A stretch of 64,000 nucleotides of DNA from Vicugna vicugna (Eukaryota): positions 62,001-126,000 of the forward strand of contig MU057403.1 of assembly GCA_013265495.1 (NCBI GenBank). Direction: 5' to 3'. Shown here one piece after another: positions 11,672 to 23,128 of this stretch. Under the pieces are notes generated by a model. It searched no databases, was not told the DNA's origin, and saw only the letters and a list, made by a program, of their open reading frames with translations. Made by a program: the position numbers and the translations under genes. Positions within the stretch are counted from its first letter, which is position 1. Every line of letters begins with the position of its first letter.

Positions 11672-13184
11672 GATTCTACAAACAAAATTATCTGGTCATA
11701 ATAACTAGGGGGCAAAGAGGGCTCTGAATCCAGAAAAGCCCTGAAAATGAAAATTACTTGTCAAAACAAGAAGCATGAAGCTGTCAAATTATCACCACCT
11801 TGAATTGCCAAACCAAAAGAGCTACCTAACTACACCTCCTCCTTGGGGGCCAACTCCGAGGGGTCAGCAGCCATCCACTGAGGGTGCTGGGATCCAGGAG
11901 GCTCTCATCGTTGGAAGAGAAGTTGTAGAGAAACTCAAGTAGGACAAACATGGCCTCCTGCTTCTTTATCAATTCTGTGGCAGAGACAATGGTGGCAAAT
12001 ATCCAGAAGCTGTGAAAGGCTTGACAGTATCCATGCCCCATCCTTTCTGCCTCCCACACAACAGCAGCTGCCTTCTGCAGCCATCAACCTCCCTTGCCAG
12101 GAGCCGTGGACACGTAGGACACGGATGGACACCTAATGGATGAGCACTGGCTCTACAGAACAATTCCCAAACTATGCTTAAACATGACTCCTGAATGCAA
12201 ATAGGAAACCAAATGACTCAGCACTCGGGGTGACTAATAGAAAATACAAGACAGAAAGAAGCCTATAGAGATACCATTATCTGTTTATTCATAAACAAAC
12301 AGTTCCACAGAGGGGCCACTGCTACATACTAACTGTTCAGCAGAGTGTAGATGCCACCAGCCTGCTCAGAGATTTATTTCTCAATTAACTAAAAGTAAAA
12401 AAACTAAAACCAAAAAGAACAAAAACAAAAAAACCCAACCCCCCCAAAAAAACTTCTAATATTTTTCAGAAAGAAAAATATTTACTTTGTTTTCATTTTT
12501 CTTCCCTAAATAAGATCATAATTCTTGCCCTATCCCCAACTTGCAATGAAATGTGGAAAAGCGCCACCTGCCAATATTTCAGCCCTGACTTGTTTTCTGC
12601 CAAGAACCACAATAAGAATTCAACAGCATGTGCCTATTTCGCCAGGAATAATGTTATTTTATCTGAAAATGGTTTCCTTCTGCACATCTCTATTACCCAG
12701 GTTCTAATTTTGTTATGCCAGGAATCAGCACTTTGTGGTTAAGAGAGGAAATCAGTTATTGTGTTTCTCTCCGGGGTAGCTGAGCCCAAAATGTGGTAGA
12801 CCAGTTACATAAATGTGAATATTATATTCCTACAGTGTGTGTGTGTGTGTGTACTTCAAGTAAGGTGGCCCCAAAAAGACCATGCGTAAGGGGTCTAGTA
12901 CTTTCTGTGGACAATACTATACTGAATTTTGCAATCTGCTACATGGAAGTGGTGAATTTCCTCCTTCTGTACTTCAAAGCTCTGGCTTATCCTCACATTT
13001 TATCCAATTTTTTCCCCTCAATTTGTTCAAAGGTCATATTTAAAACTTAGTTTTATTGCCTTAGGAATTATCAAGTGCCTAGAAGTAAATGGAAAATCAA
13101 CAATTTCTTACTTTATTCCTAGAACTACTCCACTTCTTTGGCTCTTTGGTGGACAAACTGGTTTGGTAGAAACAGGTGGAATTT

Positions 13185-13375
13185 AATCTGGAAGACCCAG
13201 TTTGATACCCAACTCTACCACTTTACCCACCAAGTTCCTTAACCTGAGACTCCCTAAACACCATTTCCTCATTCACAATGGAGTAATGATCCCTGCTTCA
13301 TGGAGTTGTTACGAAAACGGAAGGTACTTTGTATGTAAAATGCTCAGCACTGTGCCTACAAATAATAAAACAGCT
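13185..13375 (+). mobile_element. MIR
   Basis: acccagtttgatacccaactctaccacttt ... tttcctcattcacaatggagtaat ... gtaaaatgctcagcactgtgcct. Confidence 0.7.
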
Positions 13376-13516
13376 CTCAGTAAGTCTTTGCTTTCCCTTC
13401 CTAGATTTTCACTCTGGAAAACCAAAAAAAATCATTTACTATAAGCAACATTCTACCATTTTAGAGGAAAAAATTTCATGTTTATGTGCATCACTGGTTC
13501 TAAACAGCCCACATAC

Positions 13517-13631
13517 CTTGCTCTTTTTCATTTTGTATGGATGCCAGATTTCCTCCAAATCCTATGCAAGCTTTTCGTGCCTCTTGCCAATTTTTTCTTT
13601 CTTCTTCAAGAAATCCAAAGATTTTAAAACA
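13517..13631 (-). CDS. MRC1: MRC1 exon 21 (CTLD6), 115 nt
   Basis: CFKIFGFLEEERKNWQEARKACIGFGGNLASIQNEKEQ(A); tcccag/gtatgt. Confidence 0.97.
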
Positions 13632-13973
13632 CTGGGATAGAAGGAAAAAAAATCATGGGATTAAGTACAGAAAGATAAGAGTGTTTGCTCTAAAGAAATT
13701 GAAATTATTCATGACGATTATAGTTAAATATAAATATTCCCACAACCAAATAGAGACCCAAAAAATTAAGATAGTTTTGTTAACTTTCTTTGCAAAGTTT
13801 TTTTCTCCCTTAGGACAAAGGGCACAACAATTTTGAAAGTACCTTTGAGTATATCCTTATGTCTAAAATTTTCTGGAGTGCTGTGGTAAGCAAAAGTTAA
13901 CTTTAAGCTGAAAGATTCGCATTGTCACTCTCCATATGGATCAGTGCCAAATACCACTCAAATTTCTTAGTAC

Positions 13974-14116
13974 CTTGTGATTGTAAAAACTCCAACCTTC
14001 CTTACAACCTCCTGGGGCCGAAGGTGCGGTAGGGATAGCCGTGGCATTGATACTGCTGTTATGCCGCTGGCAAATGAAGGCATTTGGATAACCACAGTTA
14101 ATGTCATTCCAAAATC
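13974..14116 (-). CDS. MRC1: MRC1 exon 20 (CTLD5 end with WND, linker), 143 nt
   Basis: (G)FWNDINCGYPNAFICQRHNSSINATAIPTAPSAPGGCKEGWSFYNHK; tgtcag/gtacta. Confidence 0.97.
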
Positions 14117-14779
14117 CTGACAAAGAACAAAACAGTTTAATGAGATTTACATGTTTACCTTCAAAAGCACTTTTATAATGCATTTACATTTTATAAGGAT
14201 TCTCAAAAATGGTTTATACTACAAACATCATTTTTACACAAGAGACCAGAAAGATCTATGCAATACCCCTTTGTGCTTTTGCTTACTAATAATTTCACCA
14301 ATAATATTTCAGGTTGACAGACAGCATCCCATGAGTGAAGCGTGTACTTGATGTTGCAGATATATTACCTAAATAGCCAGTAATTGCCAATAATAATCTA
14401 ATAATACCTAAACTTTATGTACATGAAGCATTTGCTTTAGTGTTTTAGATGTATTACCTCTTTAATCTTCTCAGGAGCAGATACATTCTGTTATTATTCT
14501 GATTTTACAAATAACAATGTGGAGAGAAAGAAAAGAGAGAAACATTTAAAAATGTTTCACAAAATGAGAAGTGAGAATATTGTGTTGTGTATTAGTATAA
14601 TGTTAAACATCCAGCTCCTTAAAAAGGCAACAGCTATGTTGCTAAAATTAGAATTCTCCTTCATTCTCTCTTCCTTTTCCTCTGAGTTAAGTACACAACT
14701 TGCTACTTCTAGCCTAGGAATGTAGCAAATGACACATCACACCAGGAGGCAAATTGGAGAAGATTTTGATATTGTCTAC

Positions 14780-14880
14780 CTGAATTTGAATACATGGTTA
14801 CACAGTTTTCATCATCATTTGCAAAATTGGGTTCACCTGTGGCCCAAGCCACATAATCCACTTTGCTTCCGTCCATCCAA
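14780..14880 (-). CDS. MRC1: MRC1 exon 19 (CTLD5, EPN motif), 101 nt
   Basis: WMDGSKVDYVAWATGEPNFANDDENCVTMYSNS(G); ttccag/gtagac. Confidence 0.97.
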
Positions 14881-16017
14881 CTGGAAAAGAAAATTTAGCC
14901 AATGAGCAAAAACCTGATTCTGAGAAGAGTTGGCTACAGCCTAGTGGTGGGAGCAGGCAAGTCAATCAGGATGAAGGGAGCCCAGGATCCTAAACAAACA
15001 GAAGAGAAGTTTCTAGAGAGACTAGCATGAAAGCCCCAAAGGGAGCTTGTGCTCCCCACGGCACCAGGCTCCTCTGCAGCAACTGAATGCCTGGGGAGTC
15101 TGTCTTCTTTTCCCTCCCTGGAAGAAGTAGCTTTTGTCTTGAAGTGAGAGAAGAAACGGAGATGCCAGTCACCCTGAACAGGGACCAGAAGCAAACATCC
15201 TCCCACAGGACTTCTTGGGCATGATTCCCGCAAAACAAAACCACCCATAGAGAGATGGAGAATACAGAGTTTCTCATTAGGACAAGTCTCTGATTTGAAT
15301 GCTAACTGTGGCTTTTCCTAAGGTAGGTGGCCCTATGCTTCTTTTCATAATTCATAGAAATTTGGAGGCTGTCAGCTCGAAAGAGACCAAGAGATCACTG
15401 AATGCGACCCTCTTATTTTGGAGATTGTTAAAATGAATTCTGGTCCAAAGGAGCGTCACACATTTCTGATCTTTAAAAATAATGACTGTGAGTTTGGGTC
15501 TCTGTTGCCCAAAACGGCAATCAGTAGCAGTCACACGGAACAAGTGTGGTTAAAATATCTGGGTGGGTCCCGAGAAGACGTATCCGCTCTTCCAGCTTGA
15601 GGAGAACATGTGTCATAATAAACAATGAAAGAAACCCCTGAAACATACTAATTCCCTCCCTCCTGCATGAAAAACAGTACAGTCATTCCTTTGAAGGGAA
15701 AGCATTTCATGCAGTTGAAAGAATACTTCAAAGCAGAGCTGTTAAAGCACTAAGTGGGGTGACACGAAAAGGACCCTTTGGCTCTGTGCACCAAGGACAG
15801 TCCAAATGGGAAGCATTGCTTTTCAAATAAATTCAGTATTCCTATCTGTATAATACATCTTCTCAGTAGCTGATTTACTAACTGGTGATGATCCCCTAAA
15901 ACAAAGAGAGGTGACATTTTGCAAAATTAAACCAGACTTTGAGTTGTTTACTTGAGAATTACAATGTTGAAAATATTTAACAGAATTTTTAAAAATTCTC
16001 CTTGTTTTTTTAAGAGA

Positions 16018-16394
16018 GAAAAAGGCCATATGATATCACTTATATGTGGAATCTAAAAAATAAAATAAAATAAATAAGGACACAAATGACGAGTTATTAT
16101 TCACAACTTAGATGACTGATTTCTTGAATATGTGTAAGCGTATTTGACTGTCCTTTATGATTGGGTGACCGCATTCTGCTGATTCTTACTTTGTGGTTGG
16201 CTTTATTCCTTTGATAACTACGTAAGCGTAAAAAGCTAAAGCTCTAATCTGTTCTTAGAAACAATGATCAGTACATATATGTAAACTAAAAAAAATGTGC
16301 AGTGTACTATATATATGTATTTACATGCAATATAATGTATATGTGCAAACTGTAATAATTCACCTAATAAAACTGAAAAAGGAAAAAAAAAAAA
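16018..16394 (+). mobile_element. 5'-truncated L1 3' fragment with non-canonical tail (copy A)
   Basis: L1 motif atatcacttatatgtggaatctaaaaaa, then a tail shared with 44188-44370, AATAAA and poly(A). Confidence 0.8.
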
Positions 16395-16526
16395 GATGCT
16401 TTGTAGATTAACAGCCCAGTAGGATTTTTTTTTAATGCATTCAGCAAAACAAAAGTCTGAAAGTAACTCTTAGGCATTCATCAGATCACTATCCTAAGCA
16501 ACGTTGTTTTATTTTGATTTACTTAC

Positions 16527-16594
16527 GCAAATTTTCTATCCAAGCTGATCAATAAGCCAATAAAATATGCTTGCTGTGCATCATTTCTGTTGAC
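16527..16594 (-). CDS. MRC1: MRC1 exon 18 (CTLD5), 68 nt
   Basis: VNRNDAQQAYFIGLLISLDRKF(A); ttttag/gtaagt. Confidence 0.96.
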
Positions 16595-17283
16595 CTAAAA
16601 CATGGAAGTTTACATATAGTTCAGTCTATACCATAGTAAGCAAATTCTTAAATAAAACCTACATATTAATGAGACGGTCTATTAGGGGACTTTCCTAAGG
16701 AGGTATTCATGCAAAAATTTTGTTGTACATTCAATGCTCTTCATAGGAATAAAAATAAAAATATGCACATTATATAACAACCTGTATTTATACAGGAAAT
16801 ACCTTAAGTCATTCTCTTTAATACCAAACACCTATAGTAATTAGGTTGTTGAAGACATTCTTTAAAGCAAAGTAGCCATTTGGGATTACGTGTCTAAGGA
16901 AGACTTCTCCATCCACAAATATATTTGTGCAGTATTAGGAAATAATCCTGAGAATTTCAAACCACGGTGTATCTACAATGATGAAGGTAAATCAGGCTAT
17001 GCTCTAATGCTTTTGTAATCAAATGAATTTTTATTCTTTCACTACTGTTGAACTCACTTTTGCCTTCTCTCCCTCTTACCTCCTTTCTGGAAAACAGTGA
17101 GGATGCCATGAAGATTTTTAAAGAGAAAGATTGAACCAAGCACCCTCGGAAAAAAATAAATTACACCTCCACTGTTAGCTGACAATTTTGGTTCAACCAA
17201 GAAAGAGTTTTATATGAATAATCAAGCTGTACTATCTGTTTATTAACTTTGTTAATACTGTCTTATTAACCAAGAATCTGGTC

Positions 17284-17445
17284 TGGGGGCAGTGGTGGCG
17301 GGTCAGGACAGAGGGAAGGTTATAGCTCAGGGGTAGAGCATGTGCTTAGCGTGCAAAATGTCCTGGGTTCAATCTCAGGTACTTCCATTAATAAACAAAC
17401 AAAAACAAACCAAATTACCTGCCACCTCAAAAGGAAAAAACAAAA
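17284..17445 (+). mobile_element. tRNA-derived SINE (vic-1-like) with 12-bp TSD
   Basis: tagctcaggggtagagc A box, gggttcaatc B box; TSD AAGAATCTGGTC at 17272-17283 and 17446-17457. Confidence 0.9.
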
Positions 17446-17846
17446 AAGAATCTGGTCCAACTGAGACAGATTATTAAATTAATAATCAACTTGCACTATA
17501 ACACAAAGGGTCCGGTATTGATAATTAACAACTAGTTAAGAATGATAACCTTTGAAACTCAAATTAGTGAGCTTAAAACCATCAAGTCTGAATTCTCACA
17601 AAGCCCAGTCTAAACACTGTTTCTGGGTTCTGTGACTCTGCATTGAAAACTCTAGCAATCAGGTCACTCACTTCTGTGATGGCCAGCACCTATTTCCCCT
17701 CCTCTGACCCTCACATTTTTACCCCTGACCTTAGAAGGCTCCAATTCAGCACATAATTTGAAATTGCACCAAAGGGTAGCAATCATGGACATTATCTTTC
17801 CTTATCACATGTCACTTTTCCATGCTTAAATGAATCATATCCTTAC

Positions 17847-18010
17847 ATATTTCCATAGAAACTTCTTTTCGCTTTCACTTTGGATGGAAACAAGATCACC
17901 AAAATTCTTCTTGCAAAATTCTCGTGCCTTGTCCATGGTTTCCTTCTCTTTGCTAAAATAATACTGGTAGTCTTTGTAAATAACCCACCCATCTTCAGTG
18001 ACTGGGGGAT
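17847..18010 (-). CDS. MRC1: MRC1 exon 17 (CTLD5), 164 nt
   Basis: (N)PPVTEDGWVIYKDYQYYFSKEKETMDKAREFCKKNFGDLVSIQSESEKKFLWKY; tttcag/gtaagg. Confidence 0.97.
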
Positions 18011-18503
18011 CTGAAAAATTAATGAGAAAAGGTGATGGATTTTATGTAGACGAATTCAAGAATCTGGTATGTATGCTACATAAAAGTGAAAAGGGCGGAG
18101 TAACCCTAGCAGAGGTATCTGCAACTCTGAGAGGCCAGAATGAATAGGATGTTTATGTTAAATACAGACTGAATTATCTAATTCCAAATATTCACTTTCT
18201 ACCAACTCCGTAAAAACTAGCTGTTTTTCTTCTCAATTAACTTCCGCGTATCATCATTTGGTAAAAGAACTCCCAATGTTACTTTTAACAACTGGATTGC
18301 TGAGCTGGAGTAATTTACATATGTGCACCCGTGATGGTCTAGGTTCAAGGAGTGGAAACTGTGAGCGAGTAGCTTTCATCTAATATTACAAATGTAACAG
18401 ATGGACTTGGGTGCTTCATAATTGGAGAACCAAGGAATTCAGGTACTAGGAGGACCCCTAGGGCTTCTTTGAAACCATGGATTTCTAGGGACTTCTATAG
18501 TTC

Positions 18504-19003
18504 TGTGCTGGAGCAGGCTTAATAAGAGGCCCAAAGACACCCAGGCCTTAATCTCTGGACTCTGTGAATGTTATACAGAAAAAGGTACTTTGTAGATGTG
18601 ATTAAGTTACGAATCTTGAGATGGAGAGATTATCCTAGATTTTCTGGGCAGGCCCTACCCGTAAATCACAGGCACCCTTACTGAGGGAAACTGAGGGAGA
18701 TTTGAGTAGGAAAGGAGGGGCAATGTGACGAATGAAAGAAAATGCTACATTGTTGTTTTTGAAGATGGAGGGTGGGGCCATGAACCAACAAATGTGAGGA
18801 ATGCAGCTCTAGAAACTGGTGGCAAGGAAACAGATCTTCCACTGGAGCCTCCAGAGGGAGCATGGAGCTGCCGCTACCTTGATTTCAGCCCAGGGAAACT
18901 GCATTCATAATTCTGATCCCCAGAACCATAAGGGAATACATGTGTGCAGCTTGAAGCCACCAAGTTGGTGGTAATTTTTTACAGCAGCCACAGGAAATTA
19001 ATC
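18504..19003 (+). mobile_element. MaLR solo LTR (MLT1C/D-like)
   Basis: gatgtgattaagtta..gatggagagattatcctagatt ... gagcctccagagggagc ... aagccaccaagttggtggtaatttttacagcagccacaggaaattaatca. Confidence 0.85.
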
Positions 19004-19238
19004 ACCTGAGGTCCTTAGATTAGTTTCACGAACCCTGAGACATTGTATTAACAAGCCTCTTTGTGTTTGTGCGTGTATCTGTCTGGAGGAGAAGATCCAA
19101 ACTTTCATGAGATTCTCAAAGATATTAAGAATCTCTTCTCTCCACCTTCCAAGGGTAAGTATTTTGTTTTTCATTAAGAAAGGAAAGAGAAGGGGAACAG
19201 GCTATCAATATGGAGATCAGAGAAAAGGTAACACCTAC

Positions 19239-19280
19239 TGTCTTGAGGAGCTGGGGTTGGCTCAGGGTTGGGTGTTTGTC
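19239..19280 (-). CDS. MRC1: MRC1 exon 16 (Pro/Thr linker), 42 nt
   Basis: (G)QTPNPEPTPAPQD(N); ttccag/gtaggt; phase 1-1 fits both neighbours. Confidence 0.93.
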
Positions 19281-20860
19281 CTGGAAAACAAGAGAAGATT
19301 AGATACAAAGTATACTTGAACATCTGCTATTACATTACTTCCTAGTTTCACAGTCAGTTACAACTGAAAACTTAACTGCTCTCTCTTTCTCTTTCTCCCT
19401 TCCACTCTCCAATCCTCCTGCCGTGCTGTAGGGGAGGAGGATAAAGGGAAACGGAATTAGGGAGGTAAGAGCTAAACAAATTAGGTACAGCACCACCAGA
19501 AACTGGAAGACAGTTTTCAGGCACAACAAAGAGCATCATATAAAAAGAAAGAAAAAAAAACATCACTTTTGGAATTAGAAAGCCGAGATTCAACTCCCAC
19601 AACTGGATTTAAATTTCTTACCCTTAATTTTCTCAGCAGCAGAAAGGAGTTAGTCATACATGTAAAGCTATGGGATAAAACATGCAAGTTGTTGGTATTC
19701 AGAAGGTGCTCAATAGCTGTCCGCTTTACAGTCACACATCTTATAACTAGCTGTGGAGTGACTTAAATTTTCATGATTTGAAACCATTAAATACAAACTG
19801 TTTTTTTGTGAAATATATTTTCTTCAAAAAACTTATTAAATGTATGTTTTACAAAAAGTTAAATGAAATATTTTTCTTTCCAAGAAGTGAATGATACACC
19901 TGGACTTTGCTGGAATCTGATAAAAAGGACTCAGGTTATCTAGCTTTTGGTTTAATGTATTTAACACCTTTTAGAACAAAGCTACTAATAATACACAAGG
20001 AAACTGGTCCTCGGTAGCTAGGAGGCCTTTAAAGAAGAACTGGCCACTATTTATGCTTCCATTCTGAAAACCTTGGAAGCATCATCTAAGCAGAAGGAGA
20101 AAGGAAAGCAAGCAGACAGACAGGAGAACTGTCTTGAGCAACAGAGCAGGAATAGTAGCCAAGTTTCCTTGACAGCAGAGGGCAATGTGGTTCCACTTAT
20201 CTGTTTACAGCGGAGGAAGCTGATGGATACTCTGGTTCAAGGGTGGGTCTGTGTGTGTTTATTGTAACAGAAAACGTTTGATCCTCTGCCCTCAATACCT
20301 GACTTGGATATGTGAAACTTTCTGAGTCACAGGTCATGACTGATATGTATGTATTGATAATTTTTGGCCATCAATAACATAGTGGGTCTCATAGCATCAG
20401 GGGCTTCAAAAAGGTGCCAGTTCTTTGGTTGAACATTTCCTTGAGAAATCAGTACTTAGCATATTCAGACTGAGAAAAACTTTCACCCATTGGACGACTG
20501 ATGTGAGTCAGAGGGTGAAAATCCCCAAATAGAAATTGCATTCTCATTACTCTGCATCCAGATGAGAAGACCCACCCACTCCCATCACTACAGAACCTGA
20601 GCCGGAGCCACGGCTCGTGGGAAGTATTTTGGAGGACGTGACTCTGCTCCAGGGATCCCGGGTGGCCTTTTGATCTTCTGTTCCTTTGGAACATTTATCT
20701 ATGCTCAGTGACTTCATTCTTATCCTGTGAAATGATGACCCCTGCCAGTTCCCTTATTTTGTTGTTTTGTTTGTTTGGTTCTGCTAATAAAGGGAAGATG
20801 CTGGGATTGCAGGAGGTTAGTTCTCCAAACCAAGATGAAGGAGAGGACCAGGTATCATAC

Positions 20861-21005
20861 CTTTTCGTATCTGGCAGATCCAGTTGTTAAGATGTTCACA
20901 GTTAATATCATTCCAGGACATACTGGGATCTCCTTTCAACTCGCCACAGTATTCAACATTTTGATAATTATTAGGTTCTCCATATGCCCAATTTTCATAT
21001 GAAAC
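20861..21005 (-). CDS. MRC1: MRC1 exon 15 (CTLD4 Ca2+/mannose site, EPN and WND motifs), 145 nt
   Basis: VSYENWAYGEPNNYQNVEYCGELKGDPSMSWNDINCEHLNNWICQIRK(G); acatag/gtatga. Confidence 0.97.
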
Positions 21006-22292
21006 CTATGTTATAAATGTTACGTTAACAACTGTCAGCCATTTCTATCAGGCCAGTGTCAATCTGCTATCCAAACGTAAAAAGAAAGATACATTTATCT
21101 TTTTTAACCTATTTACTTTTTTCACAATAGGTTTGCTTTGGAAACAAGGTTTATGAACACAGCTGGGAAAGGAATAGCTTTCATTACATGGAAACTTTTG
21201 AAACTGAATAGTATACACTATTAATGATTATAAAATTGCATTTACTCATATTAAATAGACTGGATCCAGGCCATGAAAGCTGGATTTATATACAGGAAAA
21301 ACCTTGCAAAAAAGTTCTACTTCTCAGTATTGGGAGTTCCTGACTCTATAACCTGATCTTAAGGGATAAGATGTGATGTTGGAAACCTTCTTTTTCTTGA
21401 AACAATAGGATAAAGAAATATAATGAGCTCTTCTTACAAAAGAAAAAAACAGGAGATGTTGCTAACCAAGCTGCTAATCTTTACCAAAATGAGCAGTGGA
21501 AATAAATGGAAAGGGCTTGGTTTTGGTCCCCTGTGGAGTTTTCAAAGTGGAATCACAGCCCACAGGGTTTTAGAGATAAGCATTATGATCTATTTTCCAG
21601 AGATCTGAACATAAAATCTAAGTTATCAATGGAGCCATCAAATAATCCACCAGACCCAAATGCCTCAAACCGTTGATGATGGCTTGTAAGAGGAGGCAGA
21701 ATTGAAATTACACAAGACCACTTTCTGTGATGACCAGAGGGTTAACATTGCCAGCATGTGCCGTGGCCCCTCATTTCTCCATCCCTGAGAATTGCTGAGA
21801 ATGGAGAAGTCTGATGAAGCCTAATGGTTTTTCAATGGAATATCAATAATTATTTCCATTCCTGATCTATAAGAGGCCATAAACACTCAATCTTTAAGAA
21901 GTTTAGCAACTTGCATACCAATTTGGCGTGATAGAATGAAGACATTATTTTATATAAATTAGAGGAATGTGTTCTCTCATTTTTTTTTCATCCAGTCCAC
22001 CCTTCTCATGCCTTGGGTGAACAGGACACCTGTACTGGGGCAGGGGCAGGGGCAGGATAAGGATTGCAAAATAGAATTTATTTTACATAGAAAAATGTCT
22101 CCAGCTATCCTAATAACCTGTCTTACCAAAAATTTGGATTAAGCCAAAGGGTAACATCAAGATAGATACATGAAAAGTTTGCAAGCCACTGTAGTTAAGT
22201 TACACTGGCAAATAAAAGCAAAAATTAACCTCAAAAAAAAAGATAAATACACGATAAAGTAAGAAAATGATATATTAAGTCAAGTTACTCAC

Positions 22293-22380
22293 GGGAGATC
22301 CATCACTCCAAGTAAAACCCTCAGAAGGACTTCCATATGTCAATCCCAACCAAAAGAGTTCGTGGTAGCTTCCACTAGCC
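22293..22380 (-). CDS. MRC1: MRC1 exon 14 (CTLD4), 88 nt
   Basis: ASGSYHELFWLGLTYGSPSEGFTWSDGSP; ttgcag/gtgagt. Confidence 0.97.
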
Positions 22381-22383
22381 CTG

Positions 22384-22529
22384 CAAGATATAAATAAAAC
22401 ATAAAGTTTTATAAAGTAAAACATAAAAATAAAATATAACATAAATAAAACAAAATATAATAATAAAATACATAAATATAATATAATAAAAATTATAAAA
22501 TAAAACATATAAAACGTACAAGATATAAA
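22384..22529. repeat. A-rich low-complexity (ATAAAA-like) tract between 11-bp direct repeats
   Basis: CAAGATATAAA at 22384-22394 and 22519-22529 flank about 125 bp of A/T-rich units. Confidence 0.85.
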
Positions 22530-23000
22530 GATAGCTTATGTTACTACGTGAACCAAGTTTGGTTACCTACAAGTCCTAATCAAATTTGAGAGTGATCTCC
22601 AAAACATTAATTAGTTATTACACAGATAAAGGGATTCCATGACTAAACATAGCATTATGCCACAGTTGTGCTTTTTGGTACAACCCGTAAATATCCTGAA
22701 AACAAGGCACCATCCGAGAATAATTGTAAAGCACTGACAGATACTCATTCATTTATTCATGTAACAATATGTACTGAGTGTCTTATATGTTTATAGAGCA
22801 ATTCATCACAGGCTTCATAGCTATAAAATTAAAGCCTTTGGAAGTAAAACTAGATCCAAAAGTGCCCACAGATTTGGGATATGATCTATGTACTCAGAGC
22901 AGCATAATAAGCCCACACTGTTGGAAATAGGAGACTTTTCTCAATATCATTAACACCGAAAGGGTCAAAGAAAGGAGTATTACGTAGAAAAGATACTCAC

Positions 23001-23128
23001 GTCACTAACCGCCATATTGCTTGCTGCTCCTCTTTGTTATTGATACTGGCTAGGTCTCCACCCAGAGCTCTGCAAAAGTCTCGAGATTCAAACCAAGTCT
23101 TCTTCTCGTGTTTGCCTTTTGTAAACAG
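23001..23128 (-). CDS. MRC1: MRC1 exon 13 (CTLD4), 128 nt
   Basis: LFTKGKHEKKTWFESRDFCRALGGDLASINNKEEQQAIWRLV(T); ctttag/gtgagt. Confidence 0.97.

Noticed and set aside
13974..14116. Exon 20 one codon shorter than human as recalled
   Set aside because: In-frame indel in a variable Pro/Thr linker; unremarkable
22037..22056. (GGGGCA)n possible G-quadruplex
   Set aside because: Only three full G-runs; common simple repeat
22275..22508. ORF with hydrophobic N-terminus fused to exon 14 (apparent membrane anchor)
   Set aside because: The hydrophobic stretch is simply the translation of the T-rich low-complexity tract
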